The notes beneath the pieces were generated by a model. The model was not told the origin of the DNA. It did no database searches and was given only the letters and a program-made list of their open reading frames with translations. The translations under genes and the position numbers were made by a program. DNA of 63,600 nt, filler included, from Octopus bimaculoides (taxonomy: Eukaryota): NCBI RefSeq assembly GCF_001194135.2. It is 4 parts of 3 records of this genome, joined end to end, with 100 filler letters (N's around TTAATTAATTAA, not from the genome) between each part and the next. Parts side by side here need not be neighbours in the genome. Positions count along the whole stretch, not along the records: positions 11,556 to 38,538 come from NC_068989.1; positions 38,639 to 48,862 come from NC_069002.1; 2 more parts are not named here. One strand, given 5' to 3'. Below are positions 28,567 to 43,401 of this stretch, piece after piece (position 1 is the stretch's first letter; each line of letters begins with the position of its first letter).

Positions 28567-28855
28567 AGTAAACAAAATGGTGTAATATTCATCAAGAACA
28601 ATTGAATTATATCAACTATTATTTTTTAATTCAATACAAATAGACTGTATCCCATCTAACAGCTGTTTCTACTTCCAATGTTATAATTCTACCAACCTTA
28701 TATATATGTGTGTGTGCGTGTGCGTGCGCACGTGTATGTATGTATGGATGTATATATATATATATGGGAGAATATACGAAAAAACAACAACAGACGAGGA
28801 CAGGTGGTGTAAATAACAAAAGGATGTATTAGTATGACGTTCGGGAATACGGAAA

Positions 28856-28893
28856 GTCTTTGACGTTTCGAGCTACGCTCTTCAACAGAAAGA
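28856..28893 (-). ncRNA. Minimal hammerhead-like motif (repeat 28790-28930)
   Basis: TCTTT-CTGTTGA-A-GAGC-gta-GCTC-GAAAC-GTC-AAAGA; perfect 5-bp stem I, A6 changed to U. Confidence 0.6.
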
Positions 28894-29493
28894 ATACGGA
28901 GACAAGGAGAAAAACACGGAGAAAAAAAATTGAATAGTGTCCAGTCAACGGTCAATCATAATATATATANNNNNNNNNNNNNNNNNNNNNNNNNNNNNNN
29001 NNNNNNNNNNNNNNNNNNNNNNNNNNNNNNNNNNNNNNNNNNNNNNNNNNNNNNNNNNNNNNNNNNNNNNNNNNNNNNNNNNNNNTATATATATATATAT
29101 ATATATATATATTTACACGCCAATATATACAATATATATATATACACACACACACTCACACACAGATGATATAGATATAGAAATACATGCAATCAGAAAC
29201 ACATACATAGACACACATAAATACAGACATAAACACACTTGTACATTAAGACAGATACTGATGTGTAGATATACAGACATCTTCCCGTACATGCTCCTAC
29301 ATTCTTATATAAAAACATACATATATCGCTATTTATATGCAGAGATGCGCACACATATATACACTCATGCATATGCATATACACATGCACTTACATGTAC
29401 ATATACATGCATATATATGAAAACATAGGTAAAATAAGAACACCCATACAGTTACAAATAGCTTTGTGTGTTTGTGTTTGTGTGTGTGTTTGT

Positions 29494-29544
<51 letters not shown>

Positions 29545-29701
29545 TTTGTATGGTGTGCTCTATGTGTGTATGTGTATTTGTACACACATCCGCATCCGTA
29601 CGTAGAGTGTGAGTCACAGACAAACACGGTTTTTCTCTCTCGATATCGGTTTCTTTCTCTTATTTCTATTCTGCTATTTGCAGCTTAAGTTCCTTATAAT
29701 C

Positions 29702-29950
29702 CAGTGGTTCTCGACCAATTTTTGGGTAAGGAACCCCTTGATTTCTATTTTACTCAAGTGTATCCTCATAGCCATTCGGAGTTTTCTATATATTTGTAAT
29801 TGTATATTATTAAGAATAGTATTAAAGAAATTGTTTGAAAAGTTTTGTGTAATTGTAGAAGTAAGAACGAATTATTACGCATAAATGTTGAGAACAAAAT
29901 CTTATATCGACACCCAAGTGTCATATATGCACCCCAACTGAGAACCACTG
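29702..29950. mobile_element. hAT/Charlie-type MITE
   Basis: Perfect 11-bp TIR CAGTGGTTCTC / GAGAACCACTG; no clear 8-bp TSD. Confidence 0.7.
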
Positions 29951-30345
29951 TCAGTCATGACAGCATTCTCCATCAAGCTTCTTACCACATAGCCACGCCT
30001 ATACATATATTTATATACATACACATTTTAGTGTTAACTGTCGGGACAAAGATATATTCAATATGCCACTGGTTTTAATGTTCACTTATCTGCTATTTTT
30101 AACGATTCTAACACCGGCTTATTCTCCTTTATTCTTTCCTATTAATATACACCTTTCATTTCCTCTTCTTCCTTTTACGCACATTTTACTCCTATTTTTT
30201 ATGTCTTCTTTTTCCTTTGTTCCCCTTTTATATTTTTCTTTTTCAATTTTTCTATCTTTTATCTTTTTACTCTCTCTTCTTTTAGCTGTCTCATTTATTT
30301 CACATTTATGCCTATATGTATATACATACATACATATATATACAT

Positions 30346-30387
<42 letters not shown>

Positions 30388-30437
30388 GTATATGTATGTA
30401 TATATGTGAGTGTGTGTGTGTATGTATGTATGACTGC

Positions 30438-30472
<35 letters not shown>

Positions 30473-30666
30473 TGTATGTGTGTGTATAGAATCTATTTAA
30501 ATTGATTCACAAAATAAATCCCCTTTAATTTTGCTCAGATTGATTTCAATTTGGGTGTATCGATGTAGCTCTGAATTTTGATTACGATCAACCAATTACT
30601 TTATCTCGTAAATTAAAGAATCAGATGGTACTTGGAATTAAAGTTGGGAAATTTGGTTAATTTTAG

Positions 30667-30712
30667 CCAATCAACAGACAGTGAGGCATTAACAGCATGT
30701 TATCATGGCAAC
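30667..30712 (+). promoter_or_regulatory. Possible promoter: CCAAT box plus RFX X-box-like motif
   Basis: CCAAT at 30667 and GTTATCATGGCAAC at 30699-30712 (12/14 to GTTGCCATGGCAAC), in unique CpG-retaining DNA. Confidence 0.3.
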
Positions 30713-31546
30713 CGCACGTTGCGTTGTGTTTCACTTTACTCGCATCTGTACCGCACTTTGTACTGTGTTGATTATTTACACCACGAAATTCATCTCACCA
30801 GCGTAATTTGTTTTAATTTTTCTATGAAGTGATACAGATTATTTGACATTATTTTGGAATTCTGCATGCACAAACATAAGATACAGGTATTCTTTTTCTT
30901 GGGACAAATTCTTTGTTGACCAGTGTTATTCTTATCGTAGTTTACAAATCCAAGCACAGACAGACACATACACAAACGCACACTCACGCAAATATGAATG
31001 CATAAATGTACATATAAACTCATATATGAATACATACATCCACATACACTTACGTATTAATGATGTGCACAAATCAATGACAAATATACATAATACAGAA
31101 ATACACATAAAATAAACACACGCAGATAAATATATTAATATAACAAATTTTAAAAAGTTAATAAAAACGTATAAAATATTATAGAAATCAATGAAGAGAC
31201 AAAAGAGACAGTAAGATAATGCATGTTGACTTTAGTAGCCAACAGGTCATTTTACAGATGCTAAACTATAAATTTCACAGGGTACCACACTAAAGTTGAC
31301 ACCGCTTTGTTGACACCGCTACAACGCAGGAAATTTCTATCTCACTATTGGCTAAAAATACAGTTTTTTTAATTCGATTTTTAAAGCTGCAAATTTTCCT
31401 CAATTTTCTTCTCCACAAGATCATGGGTTCACAGCAATAAGAGTGGAAAACTACATCAATATAACCGATTTTCAGGTATTTTACTTCCGTTTAAAACATG
31501 CAGATTCTGTGAATCAATTTAACCAGCACTTATATATAAACAGAAA

Positions 31547-32070
31547 ATGGAGAAATATTGACGAACAACAATTAACTTACATCAGTTATTAATTATGTAA
31601 CACATAGTGTAATTATAAACAGGGTAAATGTTAGCCATTTCTCCGCATACTAAAAAGAAAATGATGAACAACCTGAATCGATTTTGGAACCTTATGAAGT
31701 TCTCATCGGAGGCGTCCACATAATTCTAACAGTCACCAGAGAAACAAGCAGCCAAACTGTTTATATACCCAACAAATGCAACAGTTACTCTCTGAAGGAT
31801 TCCCTAATTTGCATACCGAAAATGTCTAACACTCTATAAATACCAGCGGTCTGTCAAGAGGGTCTTAGTCCACACAGTAGCAAGGTATGATATGATAAAT
31901 ATATAATATATGGTATAATTATAAACAGGGCACATCAATGAAAAAGTTGTTGAACAACCGTAATTGATTTTCGAACCTTAATTCAATACAAATAGACTGC
32001 AGTGTATTTGTATTGAATCAATAAATATTAATTGATGTATGTCAATTGTTGTTCATCAATATTTCTCCAT
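31547..32070. mobile_element. Element bounded by 37-bp inverted repeats (34/37)
   Basis: Arms 31547-31583 and 32034-32070; internal perfect 14-bp hairpin at 31981-32018. Confidence 0.55.
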
Positions 32071-32643
32071 ATTCATTTTTCTTTAAATTTTGATTCTTGA
32101 TAAGCTCATGTTTATCCTTTTCTTTACATATGACTTATGAGCATAATATGGTTGCATACGTATGCCCATGGTTAAACATAGGAAATATACCAGTAGTGTA
32201 ATGGATAATTCTATCCCTTAGACGGTTATTTTAACCTCTAACTCATACACACACACATACATACATACATACATACATACATACACACACAAACATATAT
32301 ATATATATNNNNNNNNNNNNNNNNNNNNNNNNNNNNNNNNNNNNNNNNNNNNNNNNNNNNNNNNNNNNNNNNNNNNNNNNNNNNNNNNNNNNNNNNNNNN
32401 NNNNNNNNNNNNNNNNNNNNNNNNNNNNNNNNNNNNNNNNNNNNNNNNNNNNNNNNNNNNNNNNNNNNNNNNNNNNNNNNNNNNNNNNNNNNNNNNNNNN
32501 NNNNNNNNNNNNNNNNNNNNNNNNNNNNNNNNNNNNNNNNNNNNNNNNNNNNNNNNNNNNNNNNNNNNNNNNNNNNNNNNNNNNNNNNNNNNNNNNNNNN
32601 NNNNNNNNNNNNNNNNNNNNNNNNNNNNNNNNNNNNNNNNNNN

Positions 32644-32686
<43 letters not shown>

Positions 32687-33652
32687 ATATATATATATAT
32701 ATACCCTTGCAAGATTGTTTAACTGCTACTAAATTTTTATACGTTTTCTATAGTTACCTTTCATAACATATCTTAAAAAATTATCTGGATCCTGTGGAAC
32801 ATCTCAAAAACCTTTTATATGTGTTATGGTTGGAAATAAATATACGTACCCATACAATGTTTATACGTACATACATATGTGTATATCTATTATGGATAGG
32901 TAGGCAAAAGAAATAAAGGAGCATGCTGTATACAATTTTAACAGAAATACATTCAAGCGCATAATAAATCGATTTGAAAATTAATATAAAGCTGAGGGAA
33001 TTTGGAGAATGAATCATCTACAGATTTCATTCTCTCGTAATAAATTTTCATATTGCCAAACAAGAACGGTTCTTATTTATGGAGTTCAACAAATAAAAAC
33101 ATCTTGGCTGTAGCGTGCTAAGGCTTACAAACTGATATAAGTTAATACATAGTTTAATAAATATTTATAAAATTCTTCTATTAAATAAAACCTCAAATTA
33201 TCTTCTGTCTGATATTAGAACACACATATTGCCCACGTTTGAATTATATTTTACCTCACAGTTACAATACATTTCAGCCGGTACTTTACTTGTATTTTTC
33301 ACTTCAAAATTTATGAGCTTGATTATGGCCGACATTAATCAACCACCTTCACTATATACGTGAAATAAATAGATGATATTTATATATAAAGAAAATTAAA
33401 GAAAAAAAAACTGTGCCAATTTACCAAACTGCATACTACTTTCAAATTCATTTTTATAGAGTGTGTTTTTCTCTTAGCTGAGAAATAGTTGTAATTACTG
33501 ACCAGACACAAAGATGGAGAGACAAATGCACATACAAATGGATAGATCGATATAGATACATGTATAAAAAGATATAAAGATAAAATGAGTGAAAGATAAT
33601 ACGCACAGAGATATGCAGGGCTACAACACATACATGCACGGAGTATGTATAT

Positions 33653-33702
<50 letters not shown>

Positions 33703-35923
33703 ACACACACACACACACACATAAAGTCCTATCATTTAATAATTTGTTGAGGCATAATGATGACAAATTTTGTGTTGTATTAATAGCAGTACTGAGCTGA
33801 AATCCAGCTATAAATATGCAGTAAGAAAGGACGCCATGCAGTAACCAATTCTACCCTAATCTCACCAATATTAACTGGAAATGCGTTAATTCTAATTATT
33901 TCTGTTCTAAAGTTTTATGCAATTTTAATTTGTTTTAATTTATATTTAGATCAATTAATTTCTTTCCTTTTAATTACGTGTTGTTTACGTGTTACCTTGA
34001 GTAGCCAAGTTTGTCATCAATAGCTCAATTAATAAGTAATAAATTATCGGACGGAAGATTATATTGATTCAATGGATCCTGAGTGTAGCATTAAAGCTAT
34101 TTGATTTTAATTACGTTGCAGAAGATATTGTCAAAGTGGCGACAAAATTGTTAGAGTGTGAAGCAACATCAGGAATTTGTCATAGTTCAAATCAATAAAC
34201 CCGTAGAAATCGACTGTTATTTTTTTCCAGCAGGAGTATTTACCCATAACAGCAATCGTAAAGCATCAAGTGAATCGATATGATTTGTCTTTAAATTGAA
34301 GCGACAGCTGTTCATATTTCGCAAATATGACTGTTGTTTTGATAAATGCCATTGAAAAGAGATCCTAGCTTTACATATCAAATCTCAGATTAAGCACTCA
34401 AAACAATCAAAGATATTGGATAATGAAGTCCTAGATAAACTCTGGATGAAACAAACGTGATTGGATGTATTTCAAGTAGATGTGATTTGAGGTTAAACAG
34501 GTTCATCGAAGTGGTGCAGCTTACAACTGATCGAGCAAAACCAAATGCATAATCTACGACTATTTTTTTTAGTGTTAGTTTTATGAATGTCAGAGCTTAC
34601 AGAAGTGAGAAATTTTTCTGAAGACAAAACTAATGAACAACTGAGGTAAAAATTAGAAGTTAAAGTTTTTGACTCAATTCAAAACGTGCGGGCATTTAAA
34701 ATTATACGAACGTGTTTTGACTAGTCATAAGTTGCTTCTCTACTTTTAGGAGGTAACGGGGAGTGAGGAATTCCTATTTCTTTTGCAGTGGCATTTGAAG
34801 AGTAAATGAAGTGGTATCATTTATTAAGAATAGAAGCAGTGTTGCTGTTATTTTGGCATTTCTGGTGCTTACATTTTTCCTTGAATGTAGAGAAATGAAC
34901 TATGATATTTCTTAATACTGGGAAACTAATGAAGCAATGATCATACCGCCAAGGGAAAAGACAAAGTTAAAAAAACAAAAAAAACAAAAATCTTCTATGT
35001 AACTAATTTCTCTCTGAATGTTCATATACTTAAATCTGGTAACTTTCCTGAAGTTATATGATCAATTAGAAAAAGAGAAATCTTATATTTTCAGATATAA
35101 TAAATATTTCCCTTTGAGTTCAGTTAATATGTCTATGCATACAGTCCAGGTTTAAAGTGTTCCTAGATACGGTAACTGTAAGGAAAGTAACAATATAATT
35201 GACAATTATCACTGTGTAATAACATTTTCTTTTTCTTCTTTGTTCTTGTCTTTGGCGAGTAAGTGTTATTTCCTTTTTGTTTCAATTTAGAAATCGAAGG
35301 AAATGATTACTCTTCTCTTAAAACTTTGCTTTTGTGACCTGGACATCAATGTTTTGAAAAATACCTATATTCCTTACATTTCAGACACATTCAGCGCTGA
35401 GTTACTGAAGCAGAAATATCGTTATAGCAGATATACTGCTCAATACTAGAAATTTACTTCTCAGTTGTTTGATCTTAACCACTTGAGCATGTCCCCTAGT
35501 GGCTGATAACATGTGCATCTATGATCCCGATTAGGAATAGTGGGGGAGCATCATAACCATGTGTTGAGAGGGATTCTATGGGGTTATAATAAACGTAGCA
35601 AAAGCAAAGTTTGAAAGAAATATTAACGATTTTGCATACTTTCTAGAGGTATGCAAATAGTAAGTAACAGTTGCTACCCAAGGACAAAAATTGAGTTATA
35701 CAGTGTTATTTGAAACTGAGTCATAAAAATGTGTATTTGAAGGAAAGATTCAAAGGACGGAAGTTAGTTTTACTGGTTTGTACGGACGGAAAAATTGCTT
35801 GTGAAAATGGAACGACATGCAAAAAGCGATCCAGTAATAGAATTATATATGAACGTAGGATTACTCGTTTTTGCCAGTTGAGTAGACTGGAGCAATGTGA
35901 AATGAAGTAGTATAATGCAAAAG

Positions 35924-36030
<107 letters not shown>

Positions 36031-38506
36031 GAGATTCAGATTTATAACCTCTGAATAATCGGGCACAAACATAAGTTGGAGTTAAGAAAAGCCCTAGATC
36101 CGGTGCTACGTATAAAACATGCTTTTGAAATTTTTTTGAAATATATATATATAGAATACAGAAAGCCAAATATTTACAACGCAAAATTCACTGGGAACAA
36201 AAGAACTACAGAGCTGATTAGAAAATCAAGGAGAAGATAAATGAAAGTTAGAATATAACTAAGAGCGCTAATGTTGGCTAAGGAGGGAAATATTGATGAT
36301 ATAAAATATTTCATTTGGAAGTCAGACAAACAGTTAATAACTTAAACAACAAACAATAATTATTGAGTGGTGAAGTAATGAAGAACAAAACAGTTTTAAT
36401 ACAAGGACAGACATAAAGAACATTTGCGATCTTCGTGGCAAACATTTGCTGTCATCATTCACAGCACACTGTTGCATGTGTTTAGGTGTAGTATTTTCGG
36501 GTCATTTAGTAATACCAGATATTTTTAGAACTACAAGAACTACTTCTGATGAAAGTGTTTCAATGTGCTGTTTCTCAATACACTGTTGAAAATCTTGCAA
36601 AACAGGAATAACAAAAATATTTCTGCTATCCTTCAAAATCAAAATGTGATAATTTTACCCAAAAATAACAAAACGAAGCATATTTAATTGGGCAAAGGCA
36701 TACGTTATCCAGACAGTGAGATTAATCATATGTAAGAACTTTTTTCACTTTAAAATGTTTTATTTACAGGCATCGCTTAATTTGTAACATCTTTATTAAG
36801 GGATGCATAGTGTGGCTGGCCGTAGCCGAGAAACGCAAAACGCTCAACGAAAATGTAAAGCGTTAGAAAACACAATATACTTGTGAGCTATATAAAACGA
36901 GATATATCTGTAATTATCGTGATATCTGGTTACGTAAGTAACCTTTTCAGTACCAATTTTGAGAAGGCGAGCTTCACAAAACCAAAAAGTACATATCAAA
37001 TTAATCAATTAAAATATCACACCGGAAATGTTTTTATCTGCAATGAGTGCAAATAAAGAGGTGTAGATATATAGAAATATTTATGTCAATATATAGACAT
37101 ATGTATTTGTACATATGTAGATTAGAATATGTGATAATGTCCCTACTTGCACATTATACAAATTATGCTGATACATTCATTCACCCGTTCACTCATCAAT
37201 TGATTGATTGATTCATTCATTCATTCGTTCGTTCGTTCATTCGTTCATGCATACATACATACATACATACATACATACCTATACGCATGAATACTTGGTT
37301 GATGGTATTAAATTCCAATAAAATAACGATGTTCCGAGTTTAGAAACCAGTTTTTTTCTCTGTTGAGTAGAAATTTTAAAAGTAAGATTTGAATAGCATT
37401 CATGCAATCATAAACCTACTCAAACATTCTTATATAAGCGTGAACGTTTATGCTTCAGTATGTCAGTAACCGTAGTTGAATACCAAAAGATTGAGATGAA
37501 CAGCCATCAATATTTCAATAAATTCAAGAAAAATACTTTCTTTCGAAATCGATCGATAACTATAAGCAAGGAAATGGTAATAATTTTTTTTTTATATAAT
37601 GATTTAGTTTGGTAAATCATCGATTCCTTTCCTGAATACATATGTAACATTTTCCCTCGGATTCGTAATGCTATGCAACAGTGACAAAGTATATCTTTAG
37701 TTTATGATCTGAAAGGATATGTTGTATATAACCACTATTCAATCACATTTCTGTAAACCCTATCATTTTCCCTCAATACTATCTTAAGATAAGGGTATAG
37801 ATCGATTGAATAGGACACCATTCAACATCCTAAGGCATTGCTATTGCAGATGCAGTTCGGAATTGATTCAAAAAATATTTCTAGATCAAAGTTTAATCCT
37901 GTTATGAACTTTAAAAATGTAGTTATGTTAGCTATAAGCTAACATTTCTGATATTGTTCTCTCAAAAGATGTTGAGGCTTTTTTTTTTAATATTTGGTCA
38001 TTAAGAAAATCTTTTCTCATCTATAATATTATATTTATAGTTATTTTCGATGTTATCGAAAGACAAGTTTATTGTCATACATACACAATTTCCTATCAGC
38101 CAACACCCAACAAACAAATAATTTTCCAATTTTCCTCCTCTGTGACCGCTTCCTACTCAGCCATTCCTCCGGTCTACCTTCAGAAAATCTAATTATCGTT
38201 TACATAGTTCCATCTACACCCCATAAAAAAAGAAACAAACTCCTCAATGAGTATTTAAAGCCAAAAAGAATGCAAGTAAATTATAACGTATAGTATGATG
38301 AGAATGAGCAAGTGCAAAGGTCGAAGTTAGTCTCAAACTTTAATTTGTAAAAGTTAATAAGCATATACTCTACAAAATAATTAATAAGTAACCCTTCAAT
38401 TTAATATTAAATTGTTTATACTTACATACAGTCACACACGCGTACAAATAGATAGATAAATTGATAGACATATAAATAATTAGATAGATAGACATGCAAA
38501 CATTCA

Positions 38507-38538
<32 letters not shown>

Positions 38539-38638
38539 NNNNNNNNNNNNNNNNNNNNNNNNNNNNNNNNNNNNNNNNNNNNTTAATTAATTAANNNNNN
38601 NNNNNNNNNNNNNNNNNNNNNNNNNNNNNNNNNNNNNN
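38539..38638. other. Artificial contig-join spacer
   Basis: N44-TTAATTAATTAA-N44. Confidence 0.9.
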
Positions 38639-38871
38639 ACATTTAGTTTTATCTAAACATGTACAATTAATTATATCCTGGTCAACATTATTATTATTAA
38701 AATTAATATTAGAATAATTATTAAATTAAAATTTATAATAGGAGAGTACTGTAGTTCGCTTGAAGCATTGTGTATTGTTTGTAAAGAATAAAAAGTTTAG
38801 GAAGGTATAACAATGCAATATAGAACAAAAAATGAACTGTATACCTGTTGTAACTTGGTAAACTGTAGTCC

Positions 38872-38907
38872 GATGATATTTCGGAATTAGAATTCCTTCT
38901 TCAGATC
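38872..38907 (-). ncRNA. Minimal type-I hammerhead-like motif with intact core
   Basis: GAT-CTGAAGA-A-GGAAT-tcta-ATTCC-GAAA-TAT-C-ATC; palindromic ATAT stem III, AUC triplet, 3-bp stem I. Confidence 0.55.
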
Positions 38908-39887
38908 TTAATTTGCTGGAGTCTCTGCTATAAACTGTTTTCCAACAGTTTTTCTTTTTCTGAAGCGTCTCAGGAGTGGTCTCACGAAGCTTCTTCTGGA
39001 ATTCCTCATGAGAAGTGCGTGAGGTCGGCTGTTTCAATCTTGTGTGTGTTGTGTTGATACATCTGTGGCGCTGCTTCTAAGTTATGTGTTATACGTGCAG
39101 CTTCTCTTTTTTTCCCTTTTTTTTATTTATTTTTTTTTTTTGGCCCTTCATTTTTTGTGTTTATATTATTTATTTAACTTAAATCTATTAAAAGAAGAGA
39201 TAATATTAGCAACATTATTAGTAGTAGAATAACCTGCACCAAACTAATTTTTAGAAAAAATATAATATTTTTTATTATCTCTAAGGAATAAATCAATAAC
39301 TTTTAAAACTTCATTAACAATGTTAGTTTTAGTCACTGACGGTTCAGGTTATAAAACATTGAAGCTGATTTCAACATTTCATTGAAATGAATGTTAATTT
39401 TATAATGATTCAGTTATATCGCACTGCGGTCGATATAATCGACTTAATCCGTTTGTCTGTCCTTGTTTGTCCCCTCTGTGTGTAGCCCCTTGTGGGCAGT
39501 AAAGAAATAAGAAACTAAAGGAAGTCTACCGTACACATGTGCGTGCGTGTGTGTAAGAGAGAGAATGAGTGGGGGGGGTATGGAATGTATGTGTGTATGT
39601 TGGTGACTGCTCGGCTTGACATCGTGTAATAGCTGTAAATGAAAATCACTGTCATACAAGAGTGTCTTTCATTTCCAGTTTTCCGTAAAGACATGTCCAG
39701 CCATAAGGAAATATTTATTTGAGAATGGTTGAATGTTGGTGACATGAAGAACATCCAGCAAATTCCTTCCAACCCATATAAGCATGGAAGAGTGGATATT
39801 ACATGATGACGACGACGACGACGACGACGAGGACGACGACGACGACGATGATGATGATGATGATGATGTTGATGTTGATGAGGATGT

Positions 39888-39951
<64 letters not shown>

Positions 39952-39966
39952 ATATAACTACAAACA

Positions 39967-40183
39967 TACGAGGTGGGTGGTGATAAGTTCCTGGCTTTAA
40001 GGTTATAACGAAAGGTCTGGTTGGAGGCCCAAAGTTTCGATTTCTTTTACAGGGCTTAAAAAAACTGAAGGACTGCTGCAATAAGTGAGTGAAGCTGAGA
40101 GAATAGGTTGAATAAAATCATAATTAATTGATCCTCCTGTATTTTCTTTTACCCAAAACCATGGACTTTTCAGCACCCCATTA
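39967..40183 (+). mobile_element. Mariner-derived MITE, second copy
   Basis: Homologous to 27489-27708. Confidence 0.75.
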
Positions 40184-41125
40184 TATATACACAAACACGG
40201 ATGCATACATGCACACATATGCGTACACACATACATACAAACATACACACACACACACATCTCTAAATCAAATACACGCTTTACATTATAAAGCTTTTAT
40301 CTAATACAGATACTGCCTGTTGCTTCAAACTTGTTAATGTAATTATTATTAATTATTTAAGAAGCCAAATTGATGGAGATTCCTCACAGAAGTATTCCTT
40401 CCCCTTTGTTATGGGAGGAAAGGATTGTTTTCAATAAACCGCTTGAAAGCCGAAAGACACGTAAAATAAGGGCAGGGCCTAGCTCAACCTGTGCAGGGTG
40501 ATGTTGATACGTTCCCTCTACGGGTGAATTCTACAATCATCCTCCTGAGGAATGTCGACTTTTTGCAGTTTTACGCTTGTTAAATCCACCCTCAAACTGT
40601 TGCATAATTCACCCAAACAATTAATATGCTGTAATCCGAAATGCAAAATAATAATACATTAACAAATTTGAAACACCAAATAAATGAAGGATGTCTATCT
40701 ACTTTTAAGATATGTGTGTGCGTGTATGTGTGTGTATGCATGTATACGTATGTATACATATATGTGTGTGTGTATGCATGTATACATATATATACATATA
40801 TGTGTGTGTATGCATGTATACATATGTATACATATATGTGTGTGTGTATGCATGTATACATATGTATACATATATGTGTGTATGCATTTATACATATGTA
40901 TACATATATGGGTATGCGTGTATGCATGTATACATATGTATACATATATGTGTGTATGTGTATACATGTATATATATATATGTGTGTGTATGCATTATAC
41001 ATACGTATACATATATGTCTGTGTGTGCGAGTGTGTGTGTGCGTATGTGTGCATGTGTGTGTTTATGCATGTATACATATGTATACACATACACATATTT
41101 GTGTGTGTGAATGCATGTATGTATG

Positions 41126-41168
<43 letters not shown>

Positions 41169-41289
41169 GTCAGACAGTGAGAAAGCGTGTTAAACACCAT
41201 ATTCTTCATTTATGGATTGACAAGGCAACTCATTTTTTCATTCGGAAGAGGTCTCCACAATTATTCGAGTGGACTATATGAGAGGTACC

Positions 41290-42655
41290 ATTTATGTGTC
41301 ACCAGCACGTGTGCCTTTTAAGTGTCACCGGCACTGGCCATGGCTACGATTTCACTTGGCTTGACAGGTCTTCTCAAGCACAGAAAATCGACAAAGGTCT
41401 CGATTACTTCTCACTGCCAACGTGAAACTCAGCATACGAAGATCATGTTTCACCACCTCATCCCATGTCTTCCTGGGTCTATCTCTTCCACAGGTTCCCT
41501 CCACAGTTAGAGATTGGTATTTCTTCTCATAGTTGTTCTCGTCCATATGCTTCACATGACCGTACCAGCGCAGTCTTCTATCTTGCACGCTATATCTGAT
41601 GCCTCTTATATCAATCTTTCTCTCAAGACGCTTTCACTCTATCGTACATGCACACTGACATTATACATCCAGCGAAGCATGCTGGCTTCGTTTCTTTTAA
41701 AGACTTCACATAGCCTCAGCAGTCACAGCCCATGTTTCATTGCCGTGTAGCATGGTTGTTCGCAAACCGGCATCATACAATTTGCCTTTCACTCTGAGGG
41801 AGAGGCCCTTTCTTACCAACAAAGGTAGAAGCTCTTTGAACTTTGCCCAGACGCTCTCAGAGCATCCACCTCCACTACTAACTTGGTCACCCAGATAACG
41901 GAAGCTATCTACTACTTCAAAGTATCCCTTCTAGCATTTGACGGAGTCTTTTTTCTGTATATTTCTAGTGTTTATTGTATTTATACACCTGCCACGCTCA
42001 AAGACTACTTTTCCTGTTAACCTTCCTCTGATATTGCTGCACATCTTACGTCCTTAGTTTGTACTGGGGACACCTTGTGGAGTTTCTACCTATGCTTTTT
42101 CTATATAGAGAGCAGGACCTTTTCCCTGAAGGGATTCATGATTTGTCTGTTTTCCTACTTACTAGGACTTAGGTCTTTGCTAAATTAAATCTAAGGCCCT
42201 TTGATTTCAGACCTTGCTTCCACACCTGAAATTTCTTCTCTAGCGCTGGTAGTGATCCAGTTATAAGAACAAAGTCATCAGTATAGAAGAGGTATAAAAG
42301 GCAACCTGTCTTAAATTCTTCTGTTACAGCCAGAGGAACTATGATGAACCGATCCTTGGTGAACTCCTACTTGTACAGTGAATTCATTGCTATACTCATT
42401 ACCCACACATACCATACTGACAGCATACCTGCACATGGTTTGTACCGCTCTCGCCAACCACTCATCTATCTTTAGTATTTGCACTGACCACCAGATAAGA
42501 GAACGGAGACCCTGTCAAAGGTTTTCTCCATGTCGTGTGTGGGTGTGGGTGAGTGAGGGGAGGGTCACAGTAGAAATTTTGGAGCATGAATTGTTGCTTG
42601 TGCATGCAAGGGGAGAAAGTTTCTTTCTTAATATTCAATGTGTTCACTGTTGATG

Positions 42656-42660
<5 letters not shown>
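41290..42660 (-). mobile_element. RTE-clade LINE, RT to 3' tail, decayed
   Basis: VGVHQGS, FYTDD (42274-42285), RRLRWYGHV...GRDRPRKTW. Confidence 0.85.
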
Positions 42661-42700
<40 letters not shown>

Positions 42701-43212
42701 NNNNNNNNNNATTAATCAAATCTGAAATCATCGATCGGTGATCTGGGTCTGCCTCGCTTGCTGTAGGCAGCTTATCTCCCTTGTCAGTCATTAGATAAGT
42801 GCTTCCCCATGGCTAAGAGTTGTTCTGACTCTTATTTCTAGCAATGCTGGTGCTCACTAGCAACCTCAGTCATTTAGTGACGTCTATACTTGCACCTTTT
42901 GGTTTTATATACATACATACATACATACATACATACATACATACATACATANNNNNNNNNNCAGACTTCTGTGACTGTTTTAGCAGGATTTTTACAGCTG
43001 GATGCCCTTCCAAACGCCAACCACTTTACAGTTTGAACTGGATGCTCTTTAAGTGACACCTGCACTAACAGGATCACCAAATCTGCACTGATAAGGTGAC
43101 GAGCAGGCATATTTAATTTGTATTCTCTCCCCATTTCAGGAAATAGTCATGAAGAAATATACTAAAAAATTTAAAATGGATGATAAGTCATAAAGAAGGA
43201 AAATGGGATGAG

Positions 43213-43358
43213 ATTTGACGGATATTTGTCCTCATCTTGTTTGTTGTTAAGACAACGTTTTGGCTGATGTACCCTCCAGCCTTCATCAGGTGTCTTGGGG
43301 AAATTTCGAACCTGGGTTCTCATTCCTTAAGTATTTTTCGATGTTGTTGTTGTTGTTG

Positions 43359-43401
<43 letters not shown>

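Noticed and set aside
31790-31850. Minus-strand VLDIFG resembling the myosin LDIFGFE motif
   Set aside because: Flanking residues do not fit and no other motor-domain exons are present.
32758-33335. Possible two-exon chain MSAIIKLINFEVKNTSKVPAEMYCNCE / DPDNFLRYVMK on the minus strand
   Set aside because: Phases are compatible, but the acceptor is weak and there is no homology I can recognise.
38726-39037. 103-aa minus-strand ORF
   Set aside because: No domain; it overlaps a hammerhead-bearing noncoding repeat.
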